This document shows positions 26,406 through 38,148 of a stretch of DNA of 64,000 nucleotides, piece by piece. The notes beneath the pieces were generated by a model that saw only the letters and a list, made by a program, of their open reading frames with translations, was not told the DNA's origin and ran no database searches. Each line of letters begins with the position of its first letter. Position 1 is the stretch's first letter. Source of the DNA: Hyaloraphidium curvatum SAG 235-1 (Eukaryota; Fungi; Monoblepharomycota); NCBI GenBank assembly GCA_025558095.1, contig JAIVFI010000003.1, forward strand, positions 806,001 to 870,000, given 5' to 3'. A program made the translations under genes and the position numbers.

Positions 26406-27562
26406 CGGGCCGGTCGGCCCTATCCTTGCCGGCCTCCTCCGATCAGATGTTCGGCACAGTGCTGCAGCTCCACAACATAAGTGCAGGTCCCAGAGCCTCT
26501 GTTCTCTGCTTCGGTCGACAGATGGGGGACGCATGTGAAAAACGGCAAGCGAGTTAGTGGAAGCCGAGATGGTCAAATCGCAGCGCGGGACAGCGTGCGA
26601 AGCTCTGAGCAAGAGACTTCAAATGTGAACCAGCTCTTCGGCGCTGGACCGATGCCACCGCGCAATGGCGTTCGCCGGCCCGCGAATGGTCCGACGCCTG
26701 GGACCGCGCGGCGCCGCCCATTCGCGGCATCATCCCCCAAGTCCATCCTCAATCTGAAGCCGTCGTGCCAATTCATCCCTTGGCAATTAATGCGGGGCAG
26801 CGGCGGCCGGCCACCCCTCGCACAGCTCTCGGCGGAAGAAGTGCCTCGGCAAAGCTCACCTTCGGCGCGCTTCCCGAGGGAATCTCGCGCTCAAAGAGCG
26901 CGAAACATCGGCATCGGATGCCACAGGCAGGAATGTGGCGTATCCAGGCGGCCGCGATGCTTGTCGCCGGCCGGTCCAAAAGGGAGATGTTAGGGCCGGT
27001 GCACCGCCGAGCCCGCGATGATGCTGCTTGCCGTTTTGCTTGAGTTGTCCAGCCACACGCTTCCAACCTGTGCTGATTCGGAGCAACTCATGGGTTTGAC
27101 GATGTCGGATACGGGCAGCTTCGTTCCGATCCGGCATCTTTGAGCGAGTGCTATGTGACCGCGAATGACCAGATCGCAGTCTTCTCGAGGAGCAAACGCC
27201 TATCAAGAGCTACAGCGGAGATAGCTACTAAGTTCCCGCAGCTATTACTCGTTTCCGATCACTGATCGGAGCGTGATTCGCTGTTCGCAGCAGGAGGGGG
27301 AGCCGTGATCTGCGCGCCGTTGTTCAGCGGGGGCGCGTACTGGGTTGCCAACAGCTTATGAACAGGTTCAAGGAAGCCTGTACCCGGCAGCTCGGCGGAC
27401 ATCTAACCCCTCCCCTCTTCCCCGAATTCAATGTATATGGCGTGACGTGATGTATCGGGGTTGGGGGGCGCTCAGCGCCTCTGATAGAGATCCGATTGAT
27501 CATCCAAAGACGCCGCTAGGTCGGCCCCGAAAGAAAACCGCGGCGGCATCTCTCCCCTGAGC

Positions 27563-27972
27563 ATGGCGGCAAACGCGTCAGAGACGGTGAAGAAAGAAGA
27601 GCTGCCGACGCTGTCGTGGCTGGAGGAGGACGACGAGTTTGAGGAGTTCGACACGGAAGGTCGGACCGCCGCGGCCAGCTCGGTGGCCCGTTTCCGACGC
27701 GTTCCAACGCGCAGAATGGAACGAGACGGAGGAGGACCAGGAAGAGATCACGGCATGGAACGACAACTGGGACGACGATGAGCTCGACGACGATTTCTCG
27801 CGGCAGCTGAGGTGGGTCCTCGCCGGCTTTCCTGGGACTGAGCTGACCTTTGCTCAGGGCGGAGCTCACAAAAGCGGAGCAGCAGCAGCAGCAAGCGGCG
27901 AATCAACAAGCGCAACAGAAACCGCAGCAGGGTGGAACTGGCGGAGGGGGAGCTGCGGGCGCGAAGAAGTAG
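27563..27972 (+). CDS. SEM1: 26S proteasome complex subunit SEM1/DSS1, 2 introns
   Basis: LEEDDEFEEF, WNDNWDDDELDDDFSRQLR|AEL, followed by a Q/G-rich tail. Confidence 0.93.
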
Positions 27973-28113
27973 CAAAGAGCCGAACCTTCGCCCAGGCGGG
28001 GCAACGATCTTCAGGCATGGTGCTGCAGCCGTCGTATTACAACTTAAATCATCGTTGACAAAGCAAGGAGTCAAAATCATTCGACGCGTTTGCACTGCAG
28101 CGCATCTGTCCCA

Positions 28114-31100
28114 TCAGTCATTTCTGCGGGGGAACTCCGAAGTCGTAGGCGTGAGCGACTCGCCGTCGCTCGGCACCTGCTGGTCGAGCTCGAAACCGGC
28201 CCTGGTGGGGGTGAGGCCGGCCTCGTCGTCGATCGAGACGACCTTGCCGGGCTCGGCGTCGTCGTCCGCGTCGCCGTCAGGCCCCGTCGCGAGCCCCCCG
28301 CTGAGCCAGCCGCTGTCCATGTAGACCGGGTCGACGGAGCCGGAGGCGCCGCCTGGCAAGGGAGGCCTCATAGTGGAGTCCAGCACGCCGTCAACGTGCA
28401 GCGCAGGTGTGTGCTGGTACGTGCCCGTTCCAGACTCGGTCGACCCCGTCCCCGCCAGCGGCATGTAGGTGGTATCGTTCTCGAAATCGTCGCCGTACGC
28501 AAAGCCCTGGCCGAGCTCGCTGTCCAGATCCATGGGCTCCGACTCGATCGTGCCGGTATCATCGTCGTAGTACTCGGCCTCCATCTCCTCTTCCTCCTCG
28601 TCGAGGATCCTGGCCTTCTGCTCCTCGATGTAGTCCGTGTAGTTGAAGCTCTCGTCCAGATCGCAGAACTTGTGCTCCAGCAGCTCGGCGGCCGTGGGCC
28701 GGGCCTCGGGATCGCTGGTCGGGGAATCAGGAGCCCGGACGCGGCAGTAAAGGATCCACACTCACAACGTGAAGCACTTGTCCAAAAAGTCCTGCGCCTC
28801 GGCCGAGAGGTAGGTCGGGATCATGGGCCGCGGGTTCGGCTGTCCGAGCTGCGACGCAAAAGAGGTAAGCGGGCGAAACGGCCTCCCGGCAAACGCCGCG
28901 GACTCACCCGGTACAGCGCGGCCGTCTGGTCCTGGAACTGGCTCCACGGATGCTGTCCCGTGAACATCTCGAGGGCAAGGCAACCCAAGCTCCAAATGTC
29001 GACCTTGGCACTGTAACCCTTGCCCCGGATGACCTCGGGCGCCATCCAGTAGACGGAACCCTGCACCGACATGCGCGAGTTCCACTTGTACGCCATCTCT
29101 GCGGTACATTATCAGCCACGCTCCGAAGGAAATGGGCCAGGAGGACGCACCGCTCTTCTTGGAGATGCCAAAGTCGGTGATCTTGGCCGTCCCTTGCTCG
29201 TCGAGGAGGACTGCAAACAGGGGGGGTCAGCGAGGCCTGTCGTCGAACAAGCAATCCCAGACCCACTGTTCGCGCCCTTGATGTCCCTGTGCATGATCCC
29301 GCGGGCGTGCAGGTACTCGAGCCCGCACAGGATCTGGTACACCAGGCTCCGGATGAGGGGCTCGTCGAACTGGCCGATCTCTCCGAGCATGCTCGCGATG
29401 GACCCGCCCGACACGTACTCGAGGAACACGTTGACGTGCTCCGAGGTGACCTCGAACCCCAGGTACCGCACCACGTTGTCGTGCTGGATCCCCGTGAGGA
29501 GCTCGATCTCGTTGCGCAGGGCCTCGACGAACTTCTGGCGCTGCCGGCTGGCCGCGGTCTCGTCCTTGACCTTGGGGTGGATCAGGGGCACCTGCTTGAC
29601 GGCCATAAACTCGCCCGTGTCGAGGTTGAGCCCGTGGAAGACGGAGCCGAAGGAGCCCTTGCCGATCAGCTCGCCCTTGACCCAGCGCAGCTTGCTCGGC
29701 GAGTGCGGGATGGTGCTCAGGACCTGGCTGCGCATGCCCAGGGAGCGCGTCGAGGCGCTGCGGTCCACGGCCAGCGGCGCGGGCGAGCCCGCCGCCGGTG
29801 TCATCGACGCCGGCGTCTCGACCATGCCCGGCGCCATCGGCTTGGGGCTGAAGTAGTCCCGCTCGTACTCGGCCCCTGCGCGGCCGAAGGGCTCGTACTG
29901 CGGCGACATCTGGATCGAGTCCACCGAGGCCGAGTCCTCCGAGTCGAACGTCCCCGTCTCGGAGGGCACCTCGCCAACGCCGTGCGCCGGCGGCCGGAAC
30001 GCCGGGAACTCGGTCCCCGTGTCCACCACCACCTCCTCCTCGGCCCGGAACGCCACCGCCTTCCTCCTCCGCTCCAAGCTCGGCGTGCTCCCCTCAACCG
30101 ACCCCGCCAAGCCTTCGTGCGACGAATCGGCCTCGCTCGCCGAATCCACCTCGACGCGCACCGTCCCCGCGGGCCCCAAGCCCGCGGGCGACGGCCTGTC
30201 CGCCTCGGCCATCTCCCTCGCGATGCGCTCCGTCGAATGCAGCCCCTCCTCGGGCCCGACGACCGACGCCGACGACCCCGACTCGCGCGAAGGCAGCCTG
30301 CCGACCTCGTTACCCCCCCGTCCGTACGATGACGCATCGCTGCTCGCCAGCGCAAACGGCACCTCCCCCTCGGGCTCCACCAGCCGCGCCCACGCGTCCC
30401 GCTTCACGCTCTCGTAGACCGGATCGTGGTCCTCCTCCTCCCCGGGAAGCACGGCGTTGCGCAGGCTCGCGAACGAATCCACGCTGAACCGCGCGTCCCT
30501 GCTCCGCCCAAACGTCCCCACGGGCACGTCCTGCGCCGACCGCGCCTCGCGCCGCGCGCGCTTGAACTCGCTCAGCTGCTGCACGATGTTGACCACGTGT
30601 TTCTGCTTCTCGGTCGGGCGCCGGTCCAGCCCCGCCGCGCCCGCGGGGGCCGCGCCGGAGCGGTGCTGCCGCTGCTCGATGGCCTGCCGGATGCGGCCGT
30701 ACCGCACCGCCGCGGGATTGTGCCCGTCCTCGTGGTCCGAGGAGGCAGAGGCGATGCTGGCGTTGCTCCGCAGGCTGGCGCGGGGGTCGAAGACGCCGAC
30801 GGCCGGGGAGGGGGTGCGCGAGATCGGGGGCGGCGGGAGGTCGCCCTGACGTTCCGCCGGCTCGGGCTGCGGCTCGTCGCCCGGTGCCGCGGGGGGTTGC
30901 TCGCCCGCCGGCATCTCGGGCTGCCCCACGGTGACGGGCGACTCGAGGCTCGGGTCGCTGGCAATGTCCGGGAAGTAGTGCTCCAGGTTGTCCAGGATCA
31001 CCTCCGAGGGCGGCCGGTTGCCGACGTACAGCCCGGGCTGCCGGCCCCTCGAGAGCGACGCCGACGACAGCGTGCGGTCGATGGGCGCCGCCGTCGCCCT

Positions 31101-33053
31101 GTCCCGGATCACCTGCAGCGACGCCGACCCCAGCCGGGGCATCGTCCCCGCGCGGTGGATCCGAACCGGCTCGCCCTCGATGGTCGAGTAAAATTGCTTG
31201 TTGCCGAGCGTGCGGCGGCGGTGCAGGTCGTTGGCGCCCGGCAGGCCCGAGGGCGGGTCGTTGGGGCTCGGCGAGCGCGGCCGCGGGCGGGGGTTGGTCC
31301 CCGGCGCGCGGACCTCCGAGGCCGAGGGGAACCGGGCCATCCTCCGCGGGTCGGCGGGGGGCAGCCGCGAGGAGAGGGACCACTCCCGGGAGTGGCCGTG
31401 CGCGGGGGGCCCGTACTCCCGGAGGGAGCGGATGCGGAGGTGGTTCCGCGCGCCGGGGTTGCCCGGCGCCGTGGCCGCCGACACCGACAGCCGCCTGCCG
31501 TCCACCTCGCTGCTCCCCGCGCGCGCCAGCGGCGGGAAGGTGGGCGTGACGGGCGTCGCCACCGTGTCGATCGACATCTCGGGCACCGAGGTGTCCAGGT
31601 GCGGCGGGCCCGCGGGCTGCGACGCCGCGGCCGCCTCGTCGGGCGTCGCGGGCGACGTTGGCGGCGCCGCCGGCGGCGCGGGCTCGGCCTCCTCGGTCAC
31701 CACAGGCGACACCTTGGCCGCCTTGCCGCCGCGGATCCCCATCTGCGAGAGCATCTTGTTCAGCATCCCGCCGTCCTTCTCCCTGTCCTTGTCCTTGTCC
31801 TTCCCGGGATCCTTGTCCGCGGACTTTTCCCGCCCCTTGTTCAGCAGCCCCAGGCCGTGCAGCAGCGCCAGCGTCGCCGAGCTGGCGCCCTGCTCCCTCG
31901 GGCTCCCCGCCTCGGCCGGGCGGGGCGGCTCCTCCTCCACCGGCGTGGGCCAGTGGAAACCCGACGGCGACGCCGCGGTGCGGTACCCGCGCTCGCCGGA
32001 GCCGCCGGAGCCGCTGCCCGCCGACGCGGTGCGGAAGGAGGCGTGGTCCGAGTACATAGTCTGGGGGGTCTCGCCGACCGAGCCCGCGCTGTCGGGTTCC
32101 TGCTCGGCGGCGCCGCGGGGGGTGCCGGCCGCGGGGGGTGCGGGATCGACGAGGGAGCGGACCGAGGTGGAGCGGGGGGTGATGATGGGCGGGGGAAGGG
32201 AGGAGGCGTCGGGTGCCGAGGCGGCGGCGGTGCGGCGCGCGCGGAGGGATGGCTGCGCGGGGCGGGGGGAGGGGTTGCCCGAGGTGGTTAGGCCGGCGAG
32301 GTCCGCGGAGGTGGGGTCGGGGGAGGCGGCGGCGGCCGAGTCGACGGAGCGCGAGTCGCTGTCCGCGTCCGCGGCGGGGTCCGGCGGGGGTTCGGGGTTC
32401 TTGTCCGGTTCCGGCGCGGCGGGCAGCGTGGCGGAGGATGTGGCGCCGCGCGGCATTGTCTGCGGGCCGGGCAGCGGGACCAGCCTGGGCTCTGGCGGCA
32501 CCGCCAGGTCGGCGGCCGAGGAGCGCTGGCGCGGCAGCGGGAACGGGCGCTGCCACGCGGGGGCCGCCTGCGCTGGCGGCGGGCCCTGCCGTGCGGGCAT
32601 CGAAGCGGCGAACGGCAGCCAGTCCAGCGGGTCCTGCGGGTGCGGCAGCTGCGCCTGTGCGCGCCGCATCGCGTCCGCGAGCACGCTGCGGGCCGAGTCT
32701 GGGCTGCCCGCGGCGCCGGGGCTCCCCGGGTCGTGTGCCCGCGCCCTGCCCGCGAACGTGTGCGGCCTGACGACGTCCATGATCGGCCCCGTGGGGAGGC
32801 CGTCGGGCAGCGACAGGTCCGCGGCCGACGCCCACTCGCCCAGCGCGCCCCACCGCGGGCCGTCGCGCAGCCCCCACCCGGCGTCGACCAGCGGCGACAC
32901 GGGCGTCGGCAGCCCGACGGGCGAGCTCTCGTACTCGGGCGGCACGCCGCCCGCCGCGGCTCCCGGCTGCCCCGGCCCGGCGCCCGCACTCCCCGGGCCC
33001 CCCGCCGGCCCGCCGGCCCCAATGTTCCTCTCAGCCCCGCCGCCGCTACTCAT
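28114..33053 (-). CDS. BCK1: MAP kinase kinase kinase, BCK1/STE11 family
   Basis: RPPSEVILDNLEHYFP (Bck1-type N-terminal motif), WVKGELIGKGSFGSV, MAVKQV, FLEYVSGGS, HRDIKGAN, DFGISKK, MSVQGSVYWMAPEV, YSAKVDIWSLGC. Confidence 0.9.
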
Positions 33054-33186
33054 GCCGGCGGCGGGCTGTTTGGACTGGCCGACTCAAACGCGGGTCTTCG
33101 GGCCGAACAAATCCCTTGGAATCCCCGCCTTCGCCCAAACACGTCGTGCCGCCCCCCGTTGGACGCGTCCTCCCGCAGTCCCCGCC

Positions 33187-34358
33187 ATGCGCCTCCGCAT
33201 ACGCGCGCCGTCGGGCGTGCACACGCTCGGCGCCGCGCTGCTGCCCTCGTCCCCCCTCGCCGCCCTCCGCGCAGAGGCCGCCGCCGTCGCGGGGATCCCC
33301 GAGCCCGAGCTGGTGCTCAAGGCCGGCTTCCCGCCGCGCGTGCTCGGGGGCGAGGGCACGCTGGAGGCCGCGGGGGTCAAGGACGGGGAGCAGCTGGTCG
33401 CGGAGCGGGGAGCAGGGGGCGGCAACGCGTCGGCGGGACCGGGGGCCGCGTCGGCACCTCCCGCACCCCCTCCGGCCGCCTCCAACCCGTTCGCGGCACC
33501 GCCCGCCCCTCCGGCCGCGAGCAGCCCGGCACCCGCCCCGCCAAAGGCCCCCGGAACGGACGAGGCCGTCCCCTTTGGCCACGGCTTCCTCGTCCCCCGC
33601 GAGCAGGCCGACGACAACAGCTGCCTGTTCCGCTCCGTCGCCTTTGTCTGCACCGGGTCCGCCTCGTCGCACGCCGAACTGAGGAGGGTCGTGGCGGACG
33701 CGGTGCTGAAGGATCCGGACGAGTACTCCGAGGCCGTCCTGGGGAGGACCCCGGCGGCGTACGCCAGCTGGATCACGCAGAAGAATTCCTGGGGCGGCGC
33801 GATCGAGCTGGCCATCCTCAGTGCGCACTTTCGGAGGGGTGGGACGCACGCGGTGCCCGCGCGACGGCGGGGATCTCACCCGCGTCGCTCCCAGAGATCT
33901 GCTCCGTCGACGTCAGCACGCTGCGCGTGGACCGCTTCGGCGAGGGGCGGGAGTATCCCGCGCGCGTGCTGGTCATGTACTCCGGCATCCACTGTCTGTC
34001 CCCACATTCGCCGCCCTTTCCCCGCCTGACGCCGCTCGCTCCGCTCGCGCAGACGACGCCATCGCCCTGACCCCGGACCCCGCCCTGCCCCCCGAGTTCG
34101 ACCAGCTCGAGTTCCCGCTCTCGGAAGGCGACGCCGTCGTGGACGCCGCGGCCAGGCTGGCGGCCGTGTGGCAGCGCAAGCGCAAGTTCACCGACACGGC
34201 GCGGTTCACCCTCAAGTGCGGGGTGTGCGGGAAGGGTACGGCGTGCGGCCGTGCGGGCGGGCAACATGCTGATCGGGGTGTCGGCAGGGATGGTGGGGGA
34301 GAAGGAGGCGACGGCGCACGCCAAGGCGACGGGGCACGCAGAGTTCACCGAGTACTGA
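33187..34358 (+). CDS. OTU1: Ubiquitin thioesterase OTU1 (UBL-OTU-C2H2), 3 introns
   Basis: MRLRIRAPSG, GFPP, DDNSCLFRS (catalytic Cys), WGGAIEL, YSGIH|YDA, FTDTARFTLKCGVCGK, HAKATGHAEFTEY*. Confidence 0.95.
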
Positions 34359-34590
34359 TGGTCGGGAGGTGGGACGCACTGATGATCGGGGGGTGGGACA
34401 GGAGATCGGGGGGCGGGGGCGGGGCGGAGCGCCGCCGGGGGACGGGATCCAGCTGTATTGTCGGTACCGCGTAATCTATGGTATTTCCCGGGCGGGCTGC
34501 CGGGGGTGGCGGCACGGCGGTCAGCCCGACCGGGGTTTGGCGCTTGGTCCATCACCGCGGTCGACCCAGCACCCCCTAATTCAGAGCAGG

Positions 34591-36531
34591 ATGCAGAACC
34601 CCGCTGCGTTCCTCGCCGAGCAGGAGGCGCTGCTGCGCAAGCGGTCGTCGCGGTCGATCACGTCGCCGCCGTCCGCGGTGCGGCTGTCCGTCGCGCCGTC
34701 CGAGGCGCGGCTGGACGGTGCCGGCAAGGACAAACCCCATGCCCCGGGGGGGGGAGCCAGCGACCGGCTGCTCAAGTGGGCGGTGTGCGCGCTCGGCGGC
34801 GTGGCGCTGCTGCTCGCGGCGGCGGTGGCGCTGCTCGCCTCGGCGCTCTCCCGCGCGCCGCCCTCCGTGTCGGTGACGGCCCCCACGCTGCTCCTCGACG
34901 GGTCGCGCTCGCTCGTCTTTGCAAACGGCTCCGCGCGCTCCTTCTCCTTCGCAAAGCGCGACGACGTGCGCGCCGCAGACGCCGCCATCGCCTACGCCGG
35001 CCTGGTCACCGTCGAGCCGCGCTACCCGACACCCGCGGACGCCGTGGTCCCGCTCGAGCCGCCCATCCCGCACGGCATCCCGGCCAGCATGATGAGCTCG
35101 CTGCCGCCCACCGTCGCGGAGTACCTGGACGGCGCGGTGCTGGTCAACGCGAGCCAGAGCGTCGGCACCGCTTCGGCGGACGGCGGGGGCGGCGGCGACC
35201 CCACCGACGGGGGCGGGCCCGAGACCGCGGGGCAGAGGCAGCCGACGACCTTCACGCGGTGCTACACGCGCGTGCTCAACCCGCCGTCAAAGACCACCGT
35301 CACGGGGACGTCGGTGTCGCCGACCATGACGGCCACGATGCCGCCGTCCAACCCGGCGAGCAACAACTGGTACTTCCAGCTCGGATCCTACTTTGGTGCG
35401 CCGTTGCCGGGCGCGGTGGTCGCAGTGTGCTGACGCCGGGCCGCCAGTCGTCCCCAACCGCGCGCAGGTGCCCGTGTACCCCTGGATCCCCGACGGCCAC
35501 CTGCCCGTGCTCCCCGACGGCAAGGGCAACTGGATGCTCTACTGGTAACCCGCCTCCCTCCCCATACGCACACCTTCTGACCCCCGTCGCAGGTCAATGT
35601 ACACCAACTTCCGCACCCTCGGCAGTTCGCCGTACCCCGAGGACCACGTGGTCAAGGAGCCCGCGACCTCGGTCTTTGGCGGGCGTTTCTCCCTGGGGCT
35701 GTACTACTCGGGCGGCATGTGGCTCATGAGCGTGTACAGGATGACGGGCAACAACCTGATCGGGTTCTACCACGCCGAGGACAGGTGGGGCGGCGTGCCG
35801 CACCGGAAGGCCGCACGGCTCACTCCGCCCGCCGCCGCAGGTGGTCCATGGACTCGGACGTGGTCTGGAAATCCATCGGCGTCGCCTACTCGGCCGACAA
35901 CGGCCTCTCGTGGCGCAACGGCGGCCTCATCCTCCGCCATCCCCAGAACAAGCCCGCGAGCCCGCAGTGGGGCGGCGTCGGGGACATGGACGTGCTCTGG
36001 GACCCGTCGAGGAGGAGGTGGATATGCTACTTTTCCGACGGGAGGATGTCGATGGCCATATCGACGGACGTGAACGCGGCGCCGGGGACGTGGAGGAAGT
36101 GGTACCAGGGAGGTCCGTCCCGCCCGCCCCTGCGCACGCCCTCGGACCGCCGACTGACGGGCATCCCCCCAACTTGCCCAGGGTTCAACGCCGAGGGCCT
36201 CGGCGGGCAGCACGACTACATCGAGCCCCTCGTGGGCGCCGCCGGCGCCAACCCCTCGGTGCACTGGAACACCTACCTCGGCCGCTGGGTCATGGTCTAC
36301 GGCTCGTGGTCCGGCGCCGTGTTCATCTCGTCCTCGCGCGACGGGACCACGTGGGACGTGCCGCGGCAGGTGGTCACGAGCCAGAGGGGCGACAGGGCGT
36401 GGTACCCCACCATCATCGGGGACCAGGGCGACCGCGTGATCGGCCAGGACGCGAGGCTGTACTACGCGGATTTCGGGGGCGGGGGGAGGGATTTCGCGAG
36501 GAGGCTGATCAGGTTCGTCCGGAACGACTGA
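34591..36531 (+). CDS. Type II membrane protein with C-terminal Asp-box/beta-propeller glycoside hydrolase-like domain, multi-exon
   Basis: TM segment WAVCALGGVALLLAAAVALLASAL; FYHAED; Asp-boxes SADNGLSW and SRDGTTW; GANPSVHWNTYL; WYPTIIG. Confidence 0.7.
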
Positions 36532-36709
36532 TCGCGGTGTTGCGCCTTGTGTCTGGCATGCGTTGCGGAAGGAAGGGGCTGTGTCGACGGGGCCGCGGGG
36601 CGGGCCGGGGGGTGCATATACGCCGGAAAAGCATCGGTTATAGAAAGGATACATTATGCAAGGACGCATACGTTATGCATGGAATCCGCCGGGTATCGTG
36701 CATAAGTGG

Positions 36710-37966
36710 TTAGGTGGAGGAGTCGGAAGCGTCCGAATGATCGGGCGGCCCGTTCTCCTTGTCCTCGCTCGAGTCGTCGTCTTCGCCCTGGCTATCTTCC
36801 TCCTCCGTTCCTTCTGCTTCGCCATCGAGATCGGAGCCGGCCTTGATGCCGACCACGTACGCTGCATGCATGCCCGATCAGCGTGCGAGGGGAACCGTGG
36901 ACGGTGTGTGCTCACCGTTCCAGGTCTCCATCCCGGCCATCTGCTCGCCCGAGGTCACCTCGACGTAGTCCGCCAGCTCCTGCTCCCCGTCTTCCTCGTC
37001 CGACCCCTTATCTTCCCCGGATCCGGGGCCCGACCCATCGTCCGACCCGCTCCGCCGCCGGTTCCGCCTCGTCGTGTCCCCGACGTACACCGCCACCCTC
37101 CCGAACCCCGCCTCGAGCATCGCCTCCCTGACCTCGGGTATAGAATAGCACCTGAAGTCGTATGCGAAGGCGCGGCGAAGCCTGCTCCCGTCCGGGAACT
37201 GGAACGACAGCGAGATGGGCACGACGCCCGTCACGGGGTCCAGCGGCCCTTGCTCGTAGATGTAGTCGAAGCCAGGGTGCCTTCGCCGCCGGGTCTCGGG
37301 GGTCCAGGTGCGGGAGCCGAACAGGTCCAAAACAAGCGCGCCGCGCGGTTCGAGCGAGGCGAGGGAGGAACGGAGGTACGAGAGGAGCTTCCCGCGCTCG
37401 TGCAGGTAGCATGCCGAGTAATTAAGAGCGCAGATGACGTCGGCCTTTGGTATGCCCAGTTTGGAGTGGCTCCACAGCGCGTTGCCGCGGACCACGGTTG
37501 CCCTCGACCCCTCGGGCGCGTTGGCCAGCGATTCCCGCGCGTACGCAGCCGTCGGGCCGTCGAGTTCCACCCCATATGCCCGGTTCAGCACGTGCAATCG
37601 GCACCATTCCAGCGAGATCGCCGCGGTGCCGCAGAAATCCTCGCGCAGCGTCCGCGGCGGCCTCGCGTGCCTCCCACCGAGCCGGAACGCGACGTTGTAA
37701 AGATTGCGGCATTCCGCGCGTGGGAGCTGCACCGCGGCCGCGTACAAAGCGTGCTTGTCGGCCTGCTGTGCCATCGTGGGGGCCGAGGCGCGGCGGGCGC
37801 GCTTCGGAGGGGATGCGGAGAGGGAGAGCTTCGAGAGGTCGGGAGGGGGGTCCGGCGCATCTCGCGAGGGCCGGCGCCGGTCACGGCCATCCGAGGATGA
37901 TTTGGAAGGTGGGAAATCGGTTGATTTGAGCCATTTGGACCTGCCGTGCGCGTTGGACGTGCTCAT
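36710..37966 (-). CDS. Class I SAM-dependent methyltransferase, 1 intron, acidic tail
   Basis: DKHALYAAAVQ, LREDFCGTA (motif I), GVELD, DVICALNYS, GALVLDLFG, AFAYDFRCYSIPEVREAMLEAGF; last exon AYVVGIK...SST*. Confidence 0.85.
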
Positions 37967-38148
37967 TTGTCGGCGAGGCAGCGAGGGCTAGTTGCCCCGC
38001 CGATCGTCCCTCGAGTCCTCCTCGAATCTCGAGGAAGGAGGGAAGAGTGTAGAGTCTAATCATCTCCAACGAATGCAACAAATCAACCACACCATGATTC
38101 TGAATCCGAAGAGCCACCGAACATCGTCCTCCAAACGCCCGACCATGC

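Noticed and set aside
26406-27562. 1.1-kb gap with short ORFs
   Set aside because: No coding motifs, tRNA boxes or terminal repeats; probably the divergent promoter/UTR region
30310-32877. Many long Arg/Gly/Pro-rich overlapping ORFs here and across the window
   Set aside because: Alternate-frame artefacts of high GC3 with few stop codons; no domain motifs
31198-34029. 943-aa + strand ORF
   Set aside because: Antisense shadow of the GC-rich BCK1 CDS that runs in frame into OTU1 exon 1; the real start is the ATG at 33187
34355-34400. Short imperfect tandem duplication after OTU1; also (ccttgt)n near 31785 and gacgta repeats near 16150
   Set aside because: Ordinary slippage repeats with no repeat-spacer structure; not CRISPR
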